Source: Candidatus Poribacteria bacterium (lineage in GTDB: Bacteria; Poribacteria; WGA-4E; WGA-3G). Taken from it: a DNA stretch of 64,000 nt. Positions within the stretch are counted from its first letter, which is position 1, and each line of letters begins with the position of its first letter. Under the pieces are notes generated by a model, which did not search any database, was not told where the DNA came from, and saw only the letters and a program-made list of their open reading frames with translations. Both the position numbers and the translations under genes were made by a program. Location of the stretch: contig OZ244048.1 in NCBI GenBank assembly GCA_965215265.1, positions 832,001-896,000 on the forward strand, read 5' to 3'. Of this stretch, positions 20,446 through 30,366 are shown in pieces.

Positions 20446-21219
20446 TTAGTCTTTCCGCTTGAGATGTCCCCAAGTGACAGCAATTTTACCCGCTGGCTCA
20501 ACCGCTACCCCCAACGCAGTCAAACCGTTATTCATGACATCTGCAATATCATCATCGCTTAAAGGGGCATGGAAGATTGCAACCTCGTCCATTACCCCGG
20601 TGTACCAGTTGCCATCGCCATCCCAGACACCACAGCCCCCGATATTCACGTTAAAATCGGAACGCCCGTGGTTCGGCCAATTCCCTGTTACCTCCGTCGG
20701 AGTCCCATCAACATAAACTTTCGTGAACTCCCTTGTCGCAACTGCCGCAACATGGTGCCATTCACCAGGCGGATGTTCGTACGGGTTATTGTTAATACCC
20801 GCTGTGGGCGTCCACAGTGCAACAGTGGTTGGATTAATAAAACCGAATTCAGGAGAATCGTTCTGGCCTACCAATCCAATACGGTTTGCGGTGATGTTAC
20901 CAGGTTTAAGCCAAGCAACCAACGTAAATTCACGTACGCCATTTAGGAGTTTTTGGTTGGTATTGACGCAGTTGCTGGCACCATCGAATGCCAAGGCACC
21001 GCCAAAACGACCTTCTACCCAAACCGGCGCATTCACAATTGTACCGTCATTACCGTTGCCCGATGAGTCCACAGCCGTACTCCCTGTACCGTCATCAAAC
21101 AGCCAAATGCCCACAACGCTACTTGGGTCAATTGCAGCAAGACTACTGTTGACAGCGACAAAACTGATAAACATCAGACTCAGACTGAACAAGACAGCTA
21201 TTAAAACGTTAAATTTCAT
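20446..21219 (-). CDS. Secreted LamG (concanavalin-like) domain protein with TWGxLK tail
   Basis: WLFDDGTG..DSSGNGNDG, GRFGGALAFDG, WHHVAA, GVMDEVAIF; ends AVEPAGKIAVTWGHLKRKD. Confidence 0.9.
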   Translation of the reverse strand: MKFNVLIAVLFSLSLMFISFVAVNSSLAAIDPSSVVGIWLFDDGTGSTAVDSSGNGNDGTIVNAPVWVEGRFGGALAFDGASNCVNTNQKLLNGVREFTLVAWLKPGNITANRIGLVGQNDSPEFGFINPTTVALWTPTAGINNNPYEHPPGEWHHVAAVATREFTKVYVDGTPTEVTGNWPNHGRSDFNVNIGGCGVWDGDGNWYTGVMDEVAIFHAPLSDDDIADVMNNGLTALGVAVEPAGKIAVTWGHLKRKD

Positions 21220-21334
21220 TTTACTCCTCTCGCTTTCTTAAGAGATTTACCCTGCTTCAAGGCGGGTATTTATCATATCATAGAACCACATCATAAACGC
21301 TTGCTCCAGCAATTTCTAACGCAGGAGTGTACCA

Positions 21335-21558
21335 CTGTTTTTGAGCAGCACGCGTATCTCGCTGTGGCCGGTGGAAACTTCAATAGATTTTCACATATTT
21401 TGCACAAAATTGCAAGTTCCTTATCCACAACGGAAACGAGGATTCGTTGATTTTCTGCCCCGGAATGCATCTCTGTTTTTGAGCAGCACGCGTATATTGT
21501 TGTGGACGTTAGAAACTCCAATATATTTTCACATATTTTGTATAAAATTGCAAGTTTT
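21335..21558. repeat. Two ~85-bp imperfect direct repeats (period 138 bp) in a divergent promoter region
   Basis: ctgtttttgagcagcacgcgtat...attttcacatattttg.a.aaaattgcaagtt at 21335 and 21473. Confidence 0.9.
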
Positions 21559-21565
21559 TTTATTC

Positions 21566-21594
21566 TTGACATTTAAATGCTCAAAAGGTATCAT
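21566..21594 (+). promoter_or_regulatory. sigma70-type promoter
   Basis: TTGACA-N17-TATCAT. Confidence 0.65.
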
Positions 21595-21661
21595 ATAAAA
21601 AAATAGAATAGAGAGGACATAACTATTATTCCAACCGATTCGCTTGGGATTGTAACCGAAA

Positions 21662-23674
21662 ATGAAAAAAAGAGTCATTATTGCACCGTTTCTAGTCATC
21701 TTTTGTTCAATACTCATCAAATCTCCCGCTGCGTTTGCAGTCGATTTTATCACCCTAGTCCGCGAATTTGGCGGCAAAGGGGCAACAGCCGGAGCATTTG
21801 GCAAAGAAATTCACATCGCTTTCCAAAAAAATATCTACGTTAGTGATACGAAACACCGACTCATACAGAAATTATCTCCAACCGGGGAATTCCTTTTCCA
21901 AATACCGGCAGACCCGGAATCTCACGAAAACATTTTGCGCAAACCACAGCATCTCGCTGTCGATAACGCAGGAAATATCTACGTCGCAGATCTAACCGCA
22001 CATCATATCCCTGATACAACTGAGCTGAAACTCTATATATTCGCGCCGTGCGTTCACAAATTCAGTCCAAGCGGGGAACTGCTAACTACCTACTTCGTAG
22101 ATGCCGTGAACGAACGTCCCCGCGTCGTTTTAACCGGTGCACTCATCGTTGACGCAGAAGGGAAAACGGCGTTTGGCATTCAACCGCGCGGGCATGACAG
22201 AGCCCTCCGTGTAGCTATCAATGCACAAAACCAACTCTACATTTTGGATGCACAACGCGGGCGTATCCATAAATTTGATGCCGACGGCGAAAAATTGAAC
22301 ACCTTCGGACGATACGGGGCAGGCGACGGCGAATTTGACACGGATGCATCTGACATCGCCATTGATATGAGAGGCAACGTCTTGGTTGCCGACACCGGTA
22401 ATCATCGCATCGTTAAATTTAACCCGGACGGAAAATTTCTGCAGAGCTTCGGACGAAAAGGACGCAACAACGGCGAATTCACCAAACCTATCGCACTCGC
22501 CGCCCTCCCAACAGGCGAGATTCTGGTTAAAGATGCCAGTCAATTTCGACGTAAAGTCGGTGGACTACCCGAAGTCATTGCACTGTCCCCAACACTCACG
22601 CAACTCTCCGAGGTAACCCCCGGGCAAACTGAACTGGCCGAAATGATTACAAATGCAACCCAGCCGCAATACGGCCCCTTTACACAAAACCCAGCCGCAA
22701 CAACTAACCTTACCTCATTGAACCGGCGCATCAGACTACTAGAGGAAGCAGAATATAGACGCTACTACGACGAGGAAGGCGATGAGGAAGATAAAGCAGA
22801 ATTGGCTCAAGAACTCAAACGAAAGGACATCCGCTTGTCCCTTTTACATAATGTTATCTCACGCATTCAGAAGTTTGACAGCAACGGTAGGTATACAGGG
22901 CGAATCATTTACGAAACCGATCAGCTCAGCGAGGAAAAACACGACCTCGCTTTTCTGGCACTTGATCCTGCAGGGCATCTCTATCTCCGAGATCCGAGCG
23001 AATTTACCATCGCGCAATATGCAATCACTGGATTTACTATTAAGCCTTCACACATGAACGGGTTTTATAGCGCGCGCGCCGCTAATCTGGATAACGAGTA
23101 CCTTGAAGATTATGAAGACATTGATATCTCAACCGATGTACAAGATCAACTCAGTCAATTGGAATTCAAAAATCTATTGGGCTGGACGTATAGCCTTTCT
23201 GAACGGTGGCAACTCACATTTCTAGACGAATTTACCTACAGCGAACAGGATGAACGGTATGTGACGCCCGCTAAGATAGAGGATAGTTACGATTTTGATA
23301 CGCAAGCATTGGAAAATGCATTCGCTGCAAATCTGAAATTCATCACGAACTCCAATCCTTACCGGTATAAAGAGCTCAACCTCTCTATCGGCCGCGTAGA
23401 TGGAACCTCCGATTTGACGCAAGACGCCCTCTTTCCAGAACTCAATCGACAGCACCGAAGTGACACTGGCGACGCAAACTCCACCGTCATTGAATTCAAT
23501 TGGGATATTTGGACAAAGACAAATCTATGGCTCCGCTACGCTGACCTGAATCCCGCAGAAACCAGTCGTAATTTTGTCCGGCGGTTTTACGATGTCTCCG
23601 GGGATCTTTACGAGGTCTTCGGAAGCCGCAATCAGGCACGGCAATTCTTAGGCGAACTCACCATAAAGTTCTAA
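21662..23674 (+). CDS. Secreted NHL-repeat protein with putative C-terminal beta-barrel-like region
   Basis: PQHLAVDNAGNIYVAD, FGRYGAGDGEF, VADTGNHRIVKF; ends GELTIKF. Confidence 0.8.
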   Translation: MKKRVIIAPFLVIFCSILIKSPAAFAVDFITLVREFGGKGATAGAFGKEIHIAFQKNIYVSDTKHRLIQKLSPTGEFLFQIPADPESHENILRKPQHLAVDNAGNIYVADLTAHHIPDTTELKLYIFAPCVHKFSPSGELLTTYFVDAVNERPRVVLTGALIVDAEGKTAFGIQPRGHDRALRVAINAQNQLYILDAQRGRIHKFDADGEKLNTFGRYGAGDGEFDTDASDIAIDMRGNVLVADTGNHRIVKFNPDGKFLQSFGRKGRNNGEFTKPIALAALPTGEILVKDASQFRRKVGGLPEVIALSPTLTQLSEVTPGQTELAEMITNATQPQYGPFTQNPAATTNLTSLNRRIRLLEEAEYRRYYDEEGDEEDKAELAQELKRKDIRLSLLHNVISRIQKFDSNGRYTGRIIYETDQLSEEKHDLAFLALDPAGHLYLRDPSEFTIAQYAITGFTIKPSHMNGFYSARAANLDNEYLEDYEDIDISTDVQDQLSQLEFKNLLGWTYSLSERWQLTFLDEFTYSEQDERYVTPAKIEDSYDFDTQALENAFAANLKFITNSNPYRYKELNLSIGRVDGTSDLTQDALFPELNRQHRSDTGDANSTVIEFNWDIWTKTNLWLRYADLNPAETSRNFVRRFYDVSGDLYEVFGSRNQARQFLGELTIKF

Positions 23675-23680
23675 AAATCT

Positions 23681-23715
23681 CTGACCTGACACCATCTCAC
23701 ACCATCTGACACCAT
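23681..23715. repeat. Short tandem repeat, (ct[g/c]acaccat)x3
   Basis: ctgac ctgacaccat ctcacaccat ctgacaccat. Confidence 0.8.
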
Positions 23716-23748
23716 AGAAACTTTATAAACACCTACGGATATAACATA

Positions 23749-24714
23749 ATGGAATTCAGAGCACTCTACCCTGAAGAATTAGAAGCGTGGTTTGATCACG
23801 TCACACATGTGTTCTCAGGAAACAGGCAATATTTTGTCAACCATTGGGAAAACGACCCGTGGAAAGATATAGAAGGCATCCGCGTCGCCGTTGACGCTGG
23901 AAAAATTGTGAGCACCCTCCGCGTCTTCATCCGCCAGATGTTCCTCCATGGCGAACCACTCCCTGTCGGAGGCATCGGCGAAGTCAGCACACAGACCGAA
24001 TATCAGCGACGGGGACTCGCCACACAACTTCTCAAGGATGCCATCCGTTTTATGGAAGAACGCGATATCGCACTCTCATCTCTACACGGAAGCCAGCGCA
24101 TCTATTCTGTTGAAGGCTGGGAAAAAATCCCGCGCTTTTATGCACGAGAAACTTTTGCAGCCAAAACAGCTCAAACCGCACAGTGGAACATCCGACGAAT
24201 CAACTTCCAATCTCAAACCGAACTCAACCAAATTGCCACGCTTTATGATGGATACGCTCGAAAATTCAACGGCACATTCGTTAGAGATGACAAGGCGTAT
24301 TGGACAGATTGGGTGAAAACTGAATCACCCAATACATGGGGGGCAGAAAAAGACGGCACCTTTGAAGCCTACGTCTCAGTTACACACAACGAACGCCTAA
24401 ATATTGAAGAATTCGCTGTTGCTGAGACGCTATTTGCACAAGATAAAGGCAAACACCTTTTTGAAACTCTAATCCGTGCTATAATTGCTGAGATGGATGC
24501 AGAATCGATTGAAGTTGTCTATCCAGCACCTATCGCTAACGGTTTTAATGCCCCGGCGATTGAGGAACATAGCAGCGCGATGTATCGCGTCATTCAACCT
24601 ACCGCACTTTTCGATTCCTTCGATTCAATTCCGAGCCTGTTACACAATCAACCGCAATCTTTGGCACAAGGCATCAGGTCGCATCATATCTTTTGGTATA
24701 CCGATGGATTTTAG
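23749..24714 (+). CDS. GNAT family N-acetyltransferase (Eis-like N-terminus)
   Basis: GGIGEVST.TEYQRRGLAT acetyl-CoA motif. Confidence 0.85.
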   Translation: MEFRALYPEELEAWFDHVTHVFSGNRQYFVNHWENDPWKDIEGIRVAVDAGKIVSTLRVFIRQMFLHGEPLPVGGIGEVSTQTEYQRRGLATQLLKDAIRFMEERDIALSSLHGSQRIYSVEGWEKIPRFYARETFAAKTAQTAQWNIRRINFQSQTELNQIATLYDGYARKFNGTFVRDDKAYWTDWVKTESPNTWGAEKDGTFEAYVSVTHNERLNIEEFAVAETLFAQDKGKHLFETLIRAIIAEMDAESIEVVYPAPIANGFNAPAIEEHSSAMYRVIQPTALFDSFDSIPSLLHNQPQSLAQGIRSHHIFWYTDGF

Positions 24715-24805
24715 AGATGAATGCAGAACAGATAAAAATCGCAAAACTGCGTGTTGGCGTTATGGGTTGTAGGCAAAAATAAATGAGCAATTAAATTGAC
24801 ACATA

Positions 24806-26173
24806 TCACTTGATGATGCCTTGCTGCTTTAATCTCGCAATCAATTTCGCCTGTGTGCCTTGTCCCTTCGTCGAATTACATGCTCCACAGAGCAGCTGCA
24901 GGTTCTCCTCATGGTCCGTTCCACCTTGTGACCGCGGTATGATGTGATCCACTGTCATGTTACGAAACGGAAAATGCATCCCACACCCATTACAGAAGCC
25001 CTCTTGCTTGCCATACAAAGTGTGCTTGTGTGTGCGGTAATTCGGCAGCTTCTCACTCCGTTTAGGGATGTCAGTGCGATGGATAACACGCCCGAGTAGT
25101 CCTACCTCTTTCTCCAATCGTAGCCGGACGAGATCAACGGCTTTCGGTGAGATATCAATACCGAGCCACTGTCTTCCCAGTCGCTCTGCCGCTACACACG
25201 TCGTCGCACAGCCACAGAAGGGATCTAGTACAACATCCGCTTCATTGGTGCTCGCCTTGATGATACGTTCTAATAAAGCGACAGGTTTTTGGGTAGGGTA
25301 GCCGGTGGATTCCTTTGCTCTCGCATTGAGTGCACCGATCTCTGTCCAATTATCCAATGCAGGACGCCCTTTAGATTCATCCGCATAACGTTTATAGTTC
25401 GGAATCTTGACCCGGGAACCTGGGGTGATGCTCTCGTGGACGATGCGCCCTTCCGCTAACCATTGGCGTGCCTGCTCTTCACTCATCCTCCAATTTCTTG
25501 TAACGCCCAAAAATTCGTAGCGATGCCCTCCAGTGCCTGGCGCATTCAAATCAGAAGCACGAAAGCGTCGCCCATGTTCGTCTGTATAAGTGTAATGCGA
25601 TTTCAGATAATCTTCACTCAGCGGAGTATATTGAAGATTGAATTTGGAGGCAGGCAATCCGTAAAACAGGATAATATCATGTCCTCTACCAAAACGGGAT
25701 TTAACATTATTTTTCGTGCCCGTCGCTGAATTCCACACAATTTCATTCTTAAAGTTTGCTTTCCCAAACACGGCATCCATCAACCCTTTGAGATAATGGC
25801 TGGCGGTCGGATCGCAATGCAGATAGATACTGCCGCTCTGTTTCAAGACGCGTTTCATCTCTAACAACCGCACCGCCATCATGATCAGGTAAGACTTCAT
25901 ACTTTTCCCGTGTGTCAACTCAGCGGCGTGAATCGCTTGATACAACGCGGGCTCCCGGTCGGCAATCTCGCCATGCCATGCATTATCCACATCCGACAGC
26001 GTCCACGTGTCTTTAAAAGCGGCACCCGCTGCCTTGCTACCGATAGGTGCAGCATAGCTCCGATTGGAATTAAAGGGCGGATCCAGATAAATCAGATCCA
26101 CTGATTCCGTATCTAAACCCCGAAGAATCAGCAAATTATCATGAGAGAAAATGGTTCGGTTTGCGAAATTCAT
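24806..26173 (-). CDS. Beta-class amino-DNA methyltransferase fused to a C-terminal HNH endonuclease
   Basis: DLIYLDPPF, YPTQKP, VLDPFCGCAT; C-terminal CNGC...DHIIPRSQGG...NLQLLCGACNSTKG; start could be 26191. Confidence 0.9.
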   Translation of the reverse strand: MNFANRTIFSHDNLLILRGLDTESVDLIYLDPPFNSNRSYAAPIGSKAAGAAFKDTWTLSDVDNAWHGEIADREPALYQAIHAAELTHGKSMKSYLIMMAVRLLEMKRVLKQSGSIYLHCDPTASHYLKGLMDAVFGKANFKNEIVWNSATGTKNNVKSRFGRGHDIILFYGLPASKFNLQYTPLSEDYLKSHYTYTDEHGRRFRASDLNAPGTGGHRYEFLGVTRNWRMSEEQARQWLAEGRIVHESITPGSRVKIPNYKRYADESKGRPALDNWTEIGALNARAKESTGYPTQKPVALLERIIKASTNEADVVLDPFCGCATTCVAAERLGRQWLGIDISPKAVDLVRLRLEKEVGLLGRVIHRTDIPKRSEKLPNYRTHKHTLYGKQEGFCNGCGMHFPFRNMTVDHIIPRSQGGTDHEENLQLLCGACNSTKGQGTQAKLIARLKQQGIIK

Positions 26174-26481
26174 AATTGATTTATTGCTACCCATTATATC
26201 AGGTATACCTCTCAACATATTCACCAACTTAATAAACGTCCACGACACCTTTTTGCAGTTCGGTGAGTAAGCCGAGGTTTCAACGCCATCCCAAGCGTCT
26301 CATTCTAAAAGTGGATTATAGAGTGTTTCTCGTTAAATAATGGGATAGTGGGTTTTCCTAAGTATCGCTTTTGACTCTTTTGTGTTAAGTATAACATAAG
26401 TCGCCAAAAATGTCAAAAAAAGCTGACCAAAATTTACGATTTATGCTGAACTCAAACTGTTTAGCTGCTGCTAAAAAAAAA

Positions 26482-26510
26482 TTGACTTCTAATCCGGCAC
26501 GGTATAGAAT
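26482..26510 (+). promoter_or_regulatory. sigma70-type promoter
   Basis: TTGACT-N17-TAGAAT. Confidence 0.55.
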
Positions 26511-26596
26511 CCTTTCTATAGCAAAAAAGTGAACTCAAAACCTCTTGTTTTCGGTTTTCTGTAGTTTGAAGCTAAGGGACAGAGGAGGATATAAAA

Positions 26597-27595
26597 ATGG
26601 CGAAACTACGTGTTGGCGTTATTGGTTGTAGCGGAATAGGTACGACACATACATCAGGACTAGTCAGTTTGCCGAACGTCGAATTGGCCGCCGGCTGTGA
26701 TTTTGTGCAAAGCACATTAGATGCTTTCAAAGAAAAATATCGGGACAATTGGGATAACATCGCCTTGTATACCAACCATCAGGAGATGCTTGCCACTGAG
26801 GATATAGACATCGTCACGGTGGCGACTTCTGATCACCGGCACGCGGACCTCGTCGTTGATGCAGCAAATGCTGGGGTGAAAGGTATCTTCTGTGAAAAAC
26901 CGATGGCAACCAGCATTGAAGATGCGGACAGAATGTTGGAAGCAACCGAACGAAATGGCACAATTTTATCCATCGATCACACGCGTCGGTGGCAGCCTTT
27001 GTGGCGGCATACCAAAGAAGAGGTTGTTGGTAAAGGTATTATCGGCAATGTGCAATATATCATCGGCACCCTAAGCGGCGGGCGTGCCATGCTCTTCCGC
27101 AACGGCACACATCTCGTCGACGCAATCTGCTACTTTGCCGATTCAGACCCGGAGTGGGTCTCTGCCGAATTAGAAGCTGGCTATGAAGATTATAGCAAAT
27201 ATAAAGGCGATGGCGGGCATGTCCCGGCGACAGAGCCATCAGCACACGGGTACATCCACTTTGCAAACGGCGTACGCGGCTATTATGCAGGCGGTCCGAA
27301 AACAACGCTCTCCGGATTCCGAACTGAAATTGTCGGAACTAACGGCTACATCCTCATCAGTGACAAAGGTGCAACACTACACCAAGGCGATGTAGTCGAG
27401 CCGATCGAGGCACCGACGTGGGATGTTGTGGGCATTCCGGCGGGGGTCCAAGAACTGGTCTGCCTTGTAGCCGAAGGCGGAAAACCTGTCTCCCCTGGGA
27501 CTGAAGGATATAAAGTTGTCCAGATTATCATCGGCTTCTTAACCTCGCAACAGCGTGATAATGGGAAAGTCAAACTGCCATTGTCTAACGGTTAA
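26597..27595 (+). CDS. Gfo/Idh/MocA family oxidoreductase
   Basis: VGVIGCSGIG, CEKPMA, GTHLVD; GAGGAGG RBS. Confidence 0.92.
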   Translation: MAKLRVGVIGCSGIGTTHTSGLVSLPNVELAAGCDFVQSTLDAFKEKYRDNWDNIALYTNHQEMLATEDIDIVTVATSDHRHADLVVDAANAGVKGIFCEKPMATSIEDADRMLEATERNGTILSIDHTRRWQPLWRHTKEEVVGKGIIGNVQYIIGTLSGGRAMLFRNGTHLVDAICYFADSDPEWVSAELEAGYEDYSKYKGDGGHVPATEPSAHGYIHFANGVRGYYAGGPKTTLSGFRTEIVGTNGYILISDKGATLHQGDVVEPIEAPTWDVVGIPAGVQELVCLVAEGGKPVSPGTEGYKVVQIIIGFLTSQQRDNGKVKLPLSNG

Positions 27596-27676
27596 CTTTA
27601 CTCTGGAACACTAAGACGCGAAAACAGTAGGACCATTTACACGAAGGCTGCGTTTGCACCAACGTGTCGAAACGTG

Positions 27677-28774
27677 TCAATCGGCTTTTAAGACAATCGC
27701 GTTCTCAGGTGCCCAATTCAGAGACACCGTATCTCCGTGTTGAAATCGTTTTGCTTCTGCGGTGCCGCTGTTTTGCTGTTGAACGAGCACGGGGGTTGGA
27801 TAGTCTGTTTGCACGGTGTATTGGCGCGTCGTCCCGAGATAACTTTCGTCCTGAATTACGCCGCTTAACAGATTTGTTGAAGTCTCGCCTGCCAAAGGTG
27901 CGATATCAATCCGTTCTGGCCGAATCGCCACCGTGACAGGTTTATCTACTGGTACATCGCTATTGAGCATGCCAATTATCTTGACGGGCTGCTCCATCGC
28001 CAATTCAACTTCTGCTGACTTGTGATGGCAGCGGACAAGCGTCCCCTCAAAAAAATTAGAGGTGCCGATAAAATCCGCTACAAATCGGCTTTGAGGTGAA
28101 TCATAGATCTCAGAAGGCGTGCCGACTTGAAAGATTTTTCCTGCCGCCATCACCGCGATCCGGTCAGACAGTGCCAGGGCCTCGCCTTGGTCGTGCGTCA
28201 CATAGATAAACGTAATCCCAACTTGACGTTGTAGCGTTTTTAGTTCCTGCTGCATCTGCCTCCGGAGCTTAAGATCAAGTGCTGCCAGAGGCTCATCTAA
28301 AAGGAGAATCGTCGGGTGATTAATCAAAGCACGTGCTAATGCCACCCGTTGCTTTTCGCCTCCGGAAAGTTCGTTCGGTTTCCGAGCTCCATAACCCGTT
28401 AACCGAATTAATTCCAGAAAACGTTCCACTTCGGATGCCGTTCGAGTTTTGGACACCTTCTTCATCTGTAACCCAAATGCGATATTTTGCGCCACGGTTT
28501 TGTGTGGAAATAACGCGTAATTTTGAAATACGGTGTTGACAGGCCGGCGATACGGCGGTGTCTGTGTCATTGACTCACCGTTGATGAAAACTTCACCCGC
28601 TGTCGGGTACACAAACCCACCAATAATACGCAACGTCGTCGTTTTCCCACATCCGCTCGGTCCCAGTATTGAGAAGAATTCGCCGCTCTCCACTTGAAGC
28701 GACACGTCATCAACAGCCACCGTGTTACCGAACTGCTTTGTTACTGATGTAAGGGTGATTTGTCCTATTGACAT
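27677..28774 (-). CDS. Polyamine ABC transporter ATP-binding protein (PotA-like) with TOBE domain
   Basis: GPSGCGKTT, RPVNTVFQNYALFPH, LSGGEKQR, DEPLAALDLKLR. Confidence 0.9.
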   Translation of the reverse strand: MSIGQITLTSVTKQFGNTVAVDDVSLQVESGEFFSILGPSGCGKTTTLRIIGGFVYPTAGEVFINGESMTQTPPYRRPVNTVFQNYALFPHKTVAQNIAFGLQMKKVSKTRTASEVERFLELIRLTGYGARKPNELSGGEKQRVALARALINHPTILLLDEPLAALDLKLRRQMQQELKTLQRQVGITFIYVTHDQGEALALSDRIAVMAAGKIFQVGTPSEIYDSPQSRFVADFIGTSNFFEGTLVRCHHKSAEVELAMEQPVKIIGMLNSDVPVDKPVTVAIRPERIDIAPLAGETSTNLLSGVIQDESYLGTTRQYTVQTDYPTPVLVQQQNSGTAEAKRFQHGDTVSLNWAPENAIVLKAD

Positions 28775-29043
28775 ACGCAATGCCACTCGAAACCTATCGC
28801 AGCCTATCTGATGCCCTCTCTTCTCTTCGCGTCCTGTTCCCTTTTCTACTCTCCTACTTCTTAAAAATACCACATTTTCATGGCGAAGTCAACACTTTTT
28901 CAAAACAGTGCTGAGGTATGCTATCAGTTTCTGCACCTCGGCTTGATCTGCTTGCCTTGACCTCCCCCTATTTTTATGATAAAATAATAATACTCGTGCA
29001 AAACGTCAGGGCTCTTGCATTTTGTAGCAGAAGGAGAAATTTC

Positions 29044-30366
29044 ATGGACCACTTACTCACAGCACGCGCACAGATGGCGATGTCCCTTGCATTTCACATT
29101 ATTTTTGCCGCTGTAGGAATGGCCATGCCGCTTTTGATGGTGATAGCTGAAGGGTTATGGCTGAAAACACAATCAAAAGTTTATCTCACACTTGCGAAGC
29201 AGTGGGCAAAAGGAACAGCCATACTGTTTGCTGTCGGAGCCGTTTCTGGTACAGTGCTCTCTTTCGAACTCGGACTGTTGTGGCCGACGTTCATGAATTA
29301 CGCAGGTCCCATCATCGGGATGCCGTTCTCCTTAGAGGGCCTCGCCTTCTTCTTAGAGGCAATCTTCCTCGGTATCTATCTCTACGGTTGGGAACGTGTC
29401 CCGCGCTATGCACATTGGTTCGCCGGCGTAATGGTCCTGGTAAATGGGACGTTATCCGGTATCTTTGTCGTCACTGCAAACGCGTGGATGAACACTCCCG
29501 CGGGTTTCTCAATTGTGAATGGAGTCGTTACAGACATAGACCCCATTGCAGCGATGCTGAACCCTTCTGCATTTAGTCAGGCACTGCACATGTGCTTGGC
29601 GGCGTTTCTCGCTGTGGCGTTTGCAACTGCAGGAATTCATGCATATTACCTCAGGCGGGACACAAGCAACGTTTTCCATCGCAAAGCGTTCGCGATAGCG
29701 CTTAGCGTCGGGGGTGTCATGGCTTTGCTCCAACCGATTTCAGGCGATATCAGCGCCAAACGTCTCGCTAAGCACCAGCCTATCAAACTCGCAGCGATGG
29801 AGGGACAGTGGGTGACAGAACACGGTGCGCCTTTACGCATCGGAGGTATTCCGCTTGAAGCCCTTGAAGAGACGCGATATTCGATTGAAATCCCCAAGGC
29901 ACTTAGTTTTCTCGCCCACTCTGATTTTAACGCCAAGATTATGGGGCTTAAGGACGTACCGAAAGAGAACCGGCCACCTGTTGCAATTGTGCATATAGCA
30001 TTCCAAATCATGGTGGCGTGCGGGATAGTAATGCTTGTCGCCGGATGCCTCGGCGGATGGCTCGCATGGCGCCGGAAACGCCTCCCCACGGAACATTGGT
30101 ACCTACGGTTTGTCACACTCTGCACACCCCTCGGATTCATTGCAATTGAAGCAGGTTGGACTGTGACAGAAGTCGGGCGGCAGCCATGGGTTATCTATAA
30201 TGTGATGCGTACAGCGGATGCGGTAACACCGATGCCAAACCTTATTGTGCCATTCATCAGTTTTACCGTGCTTTACATTTTTCTCTCTATTATCGTTGTT
30301 ATTCTGTTACGTCGTCTCTTTCGCTCAACACTTGCAAAAGCCATGTCGGCAGAAGGGGAAATCTGA
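29044..30366 (+). CDS. cydA: Cytochrome bd oxidase subunit I
   Basis: FHIIF, HQPIKLAAMEG, GWTVTEVGRQPW; AGGAG RBS before 29044. Confidence 0.96.
   Translation: MDHLLTARAQMAMSLAFHIIFAAVGMAMPLLMVIAEGLWLKTQSKVYLTLAKQWAKGTAILFAVGAVSGTVLSFELGLLWPTFMNYAGPIIGMPFSLEGLAFFLEAIFLGIYLYGWERVPRYAHWFAGVMVLVNGTLSGIFVVTANAWMNTPAGFSIVNGVVTDIDPIAAMLNPSAFSQALHMCLAAFLAVAFATAGIHAYYLRRDTSNVFHRKAFAIALSVGGVMALLQPISGDISAKRLAKHQPIKLAAMEGQWVTEHGAPLRIGGIPLEALEETRYSIEIPKALSFLAHSDFNAKIMGLKDVPKENRPPVAIVHIAFQIMVACGIVMLVAGCLGGWLAWRRKRLPTEHWYLRFVTLCTPLGFIAIEAGWTVTEVGRQPWVIYNVMRTADAVTPMPNLIVPFISFTVLYIFLSIIVVILLRRLFRSTLAKAMSAEGEI

Noticed and set aside
21421-21429. DnaA box as oriC
   Set aside because: Single perfect box, no cluster and no dnaA/dnaN context
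21291-21572. 93-aa ORF with an internal repeat
   Set aside because: Explained by the non-coding direct repeat; overlaps promoter elements and has no RBS
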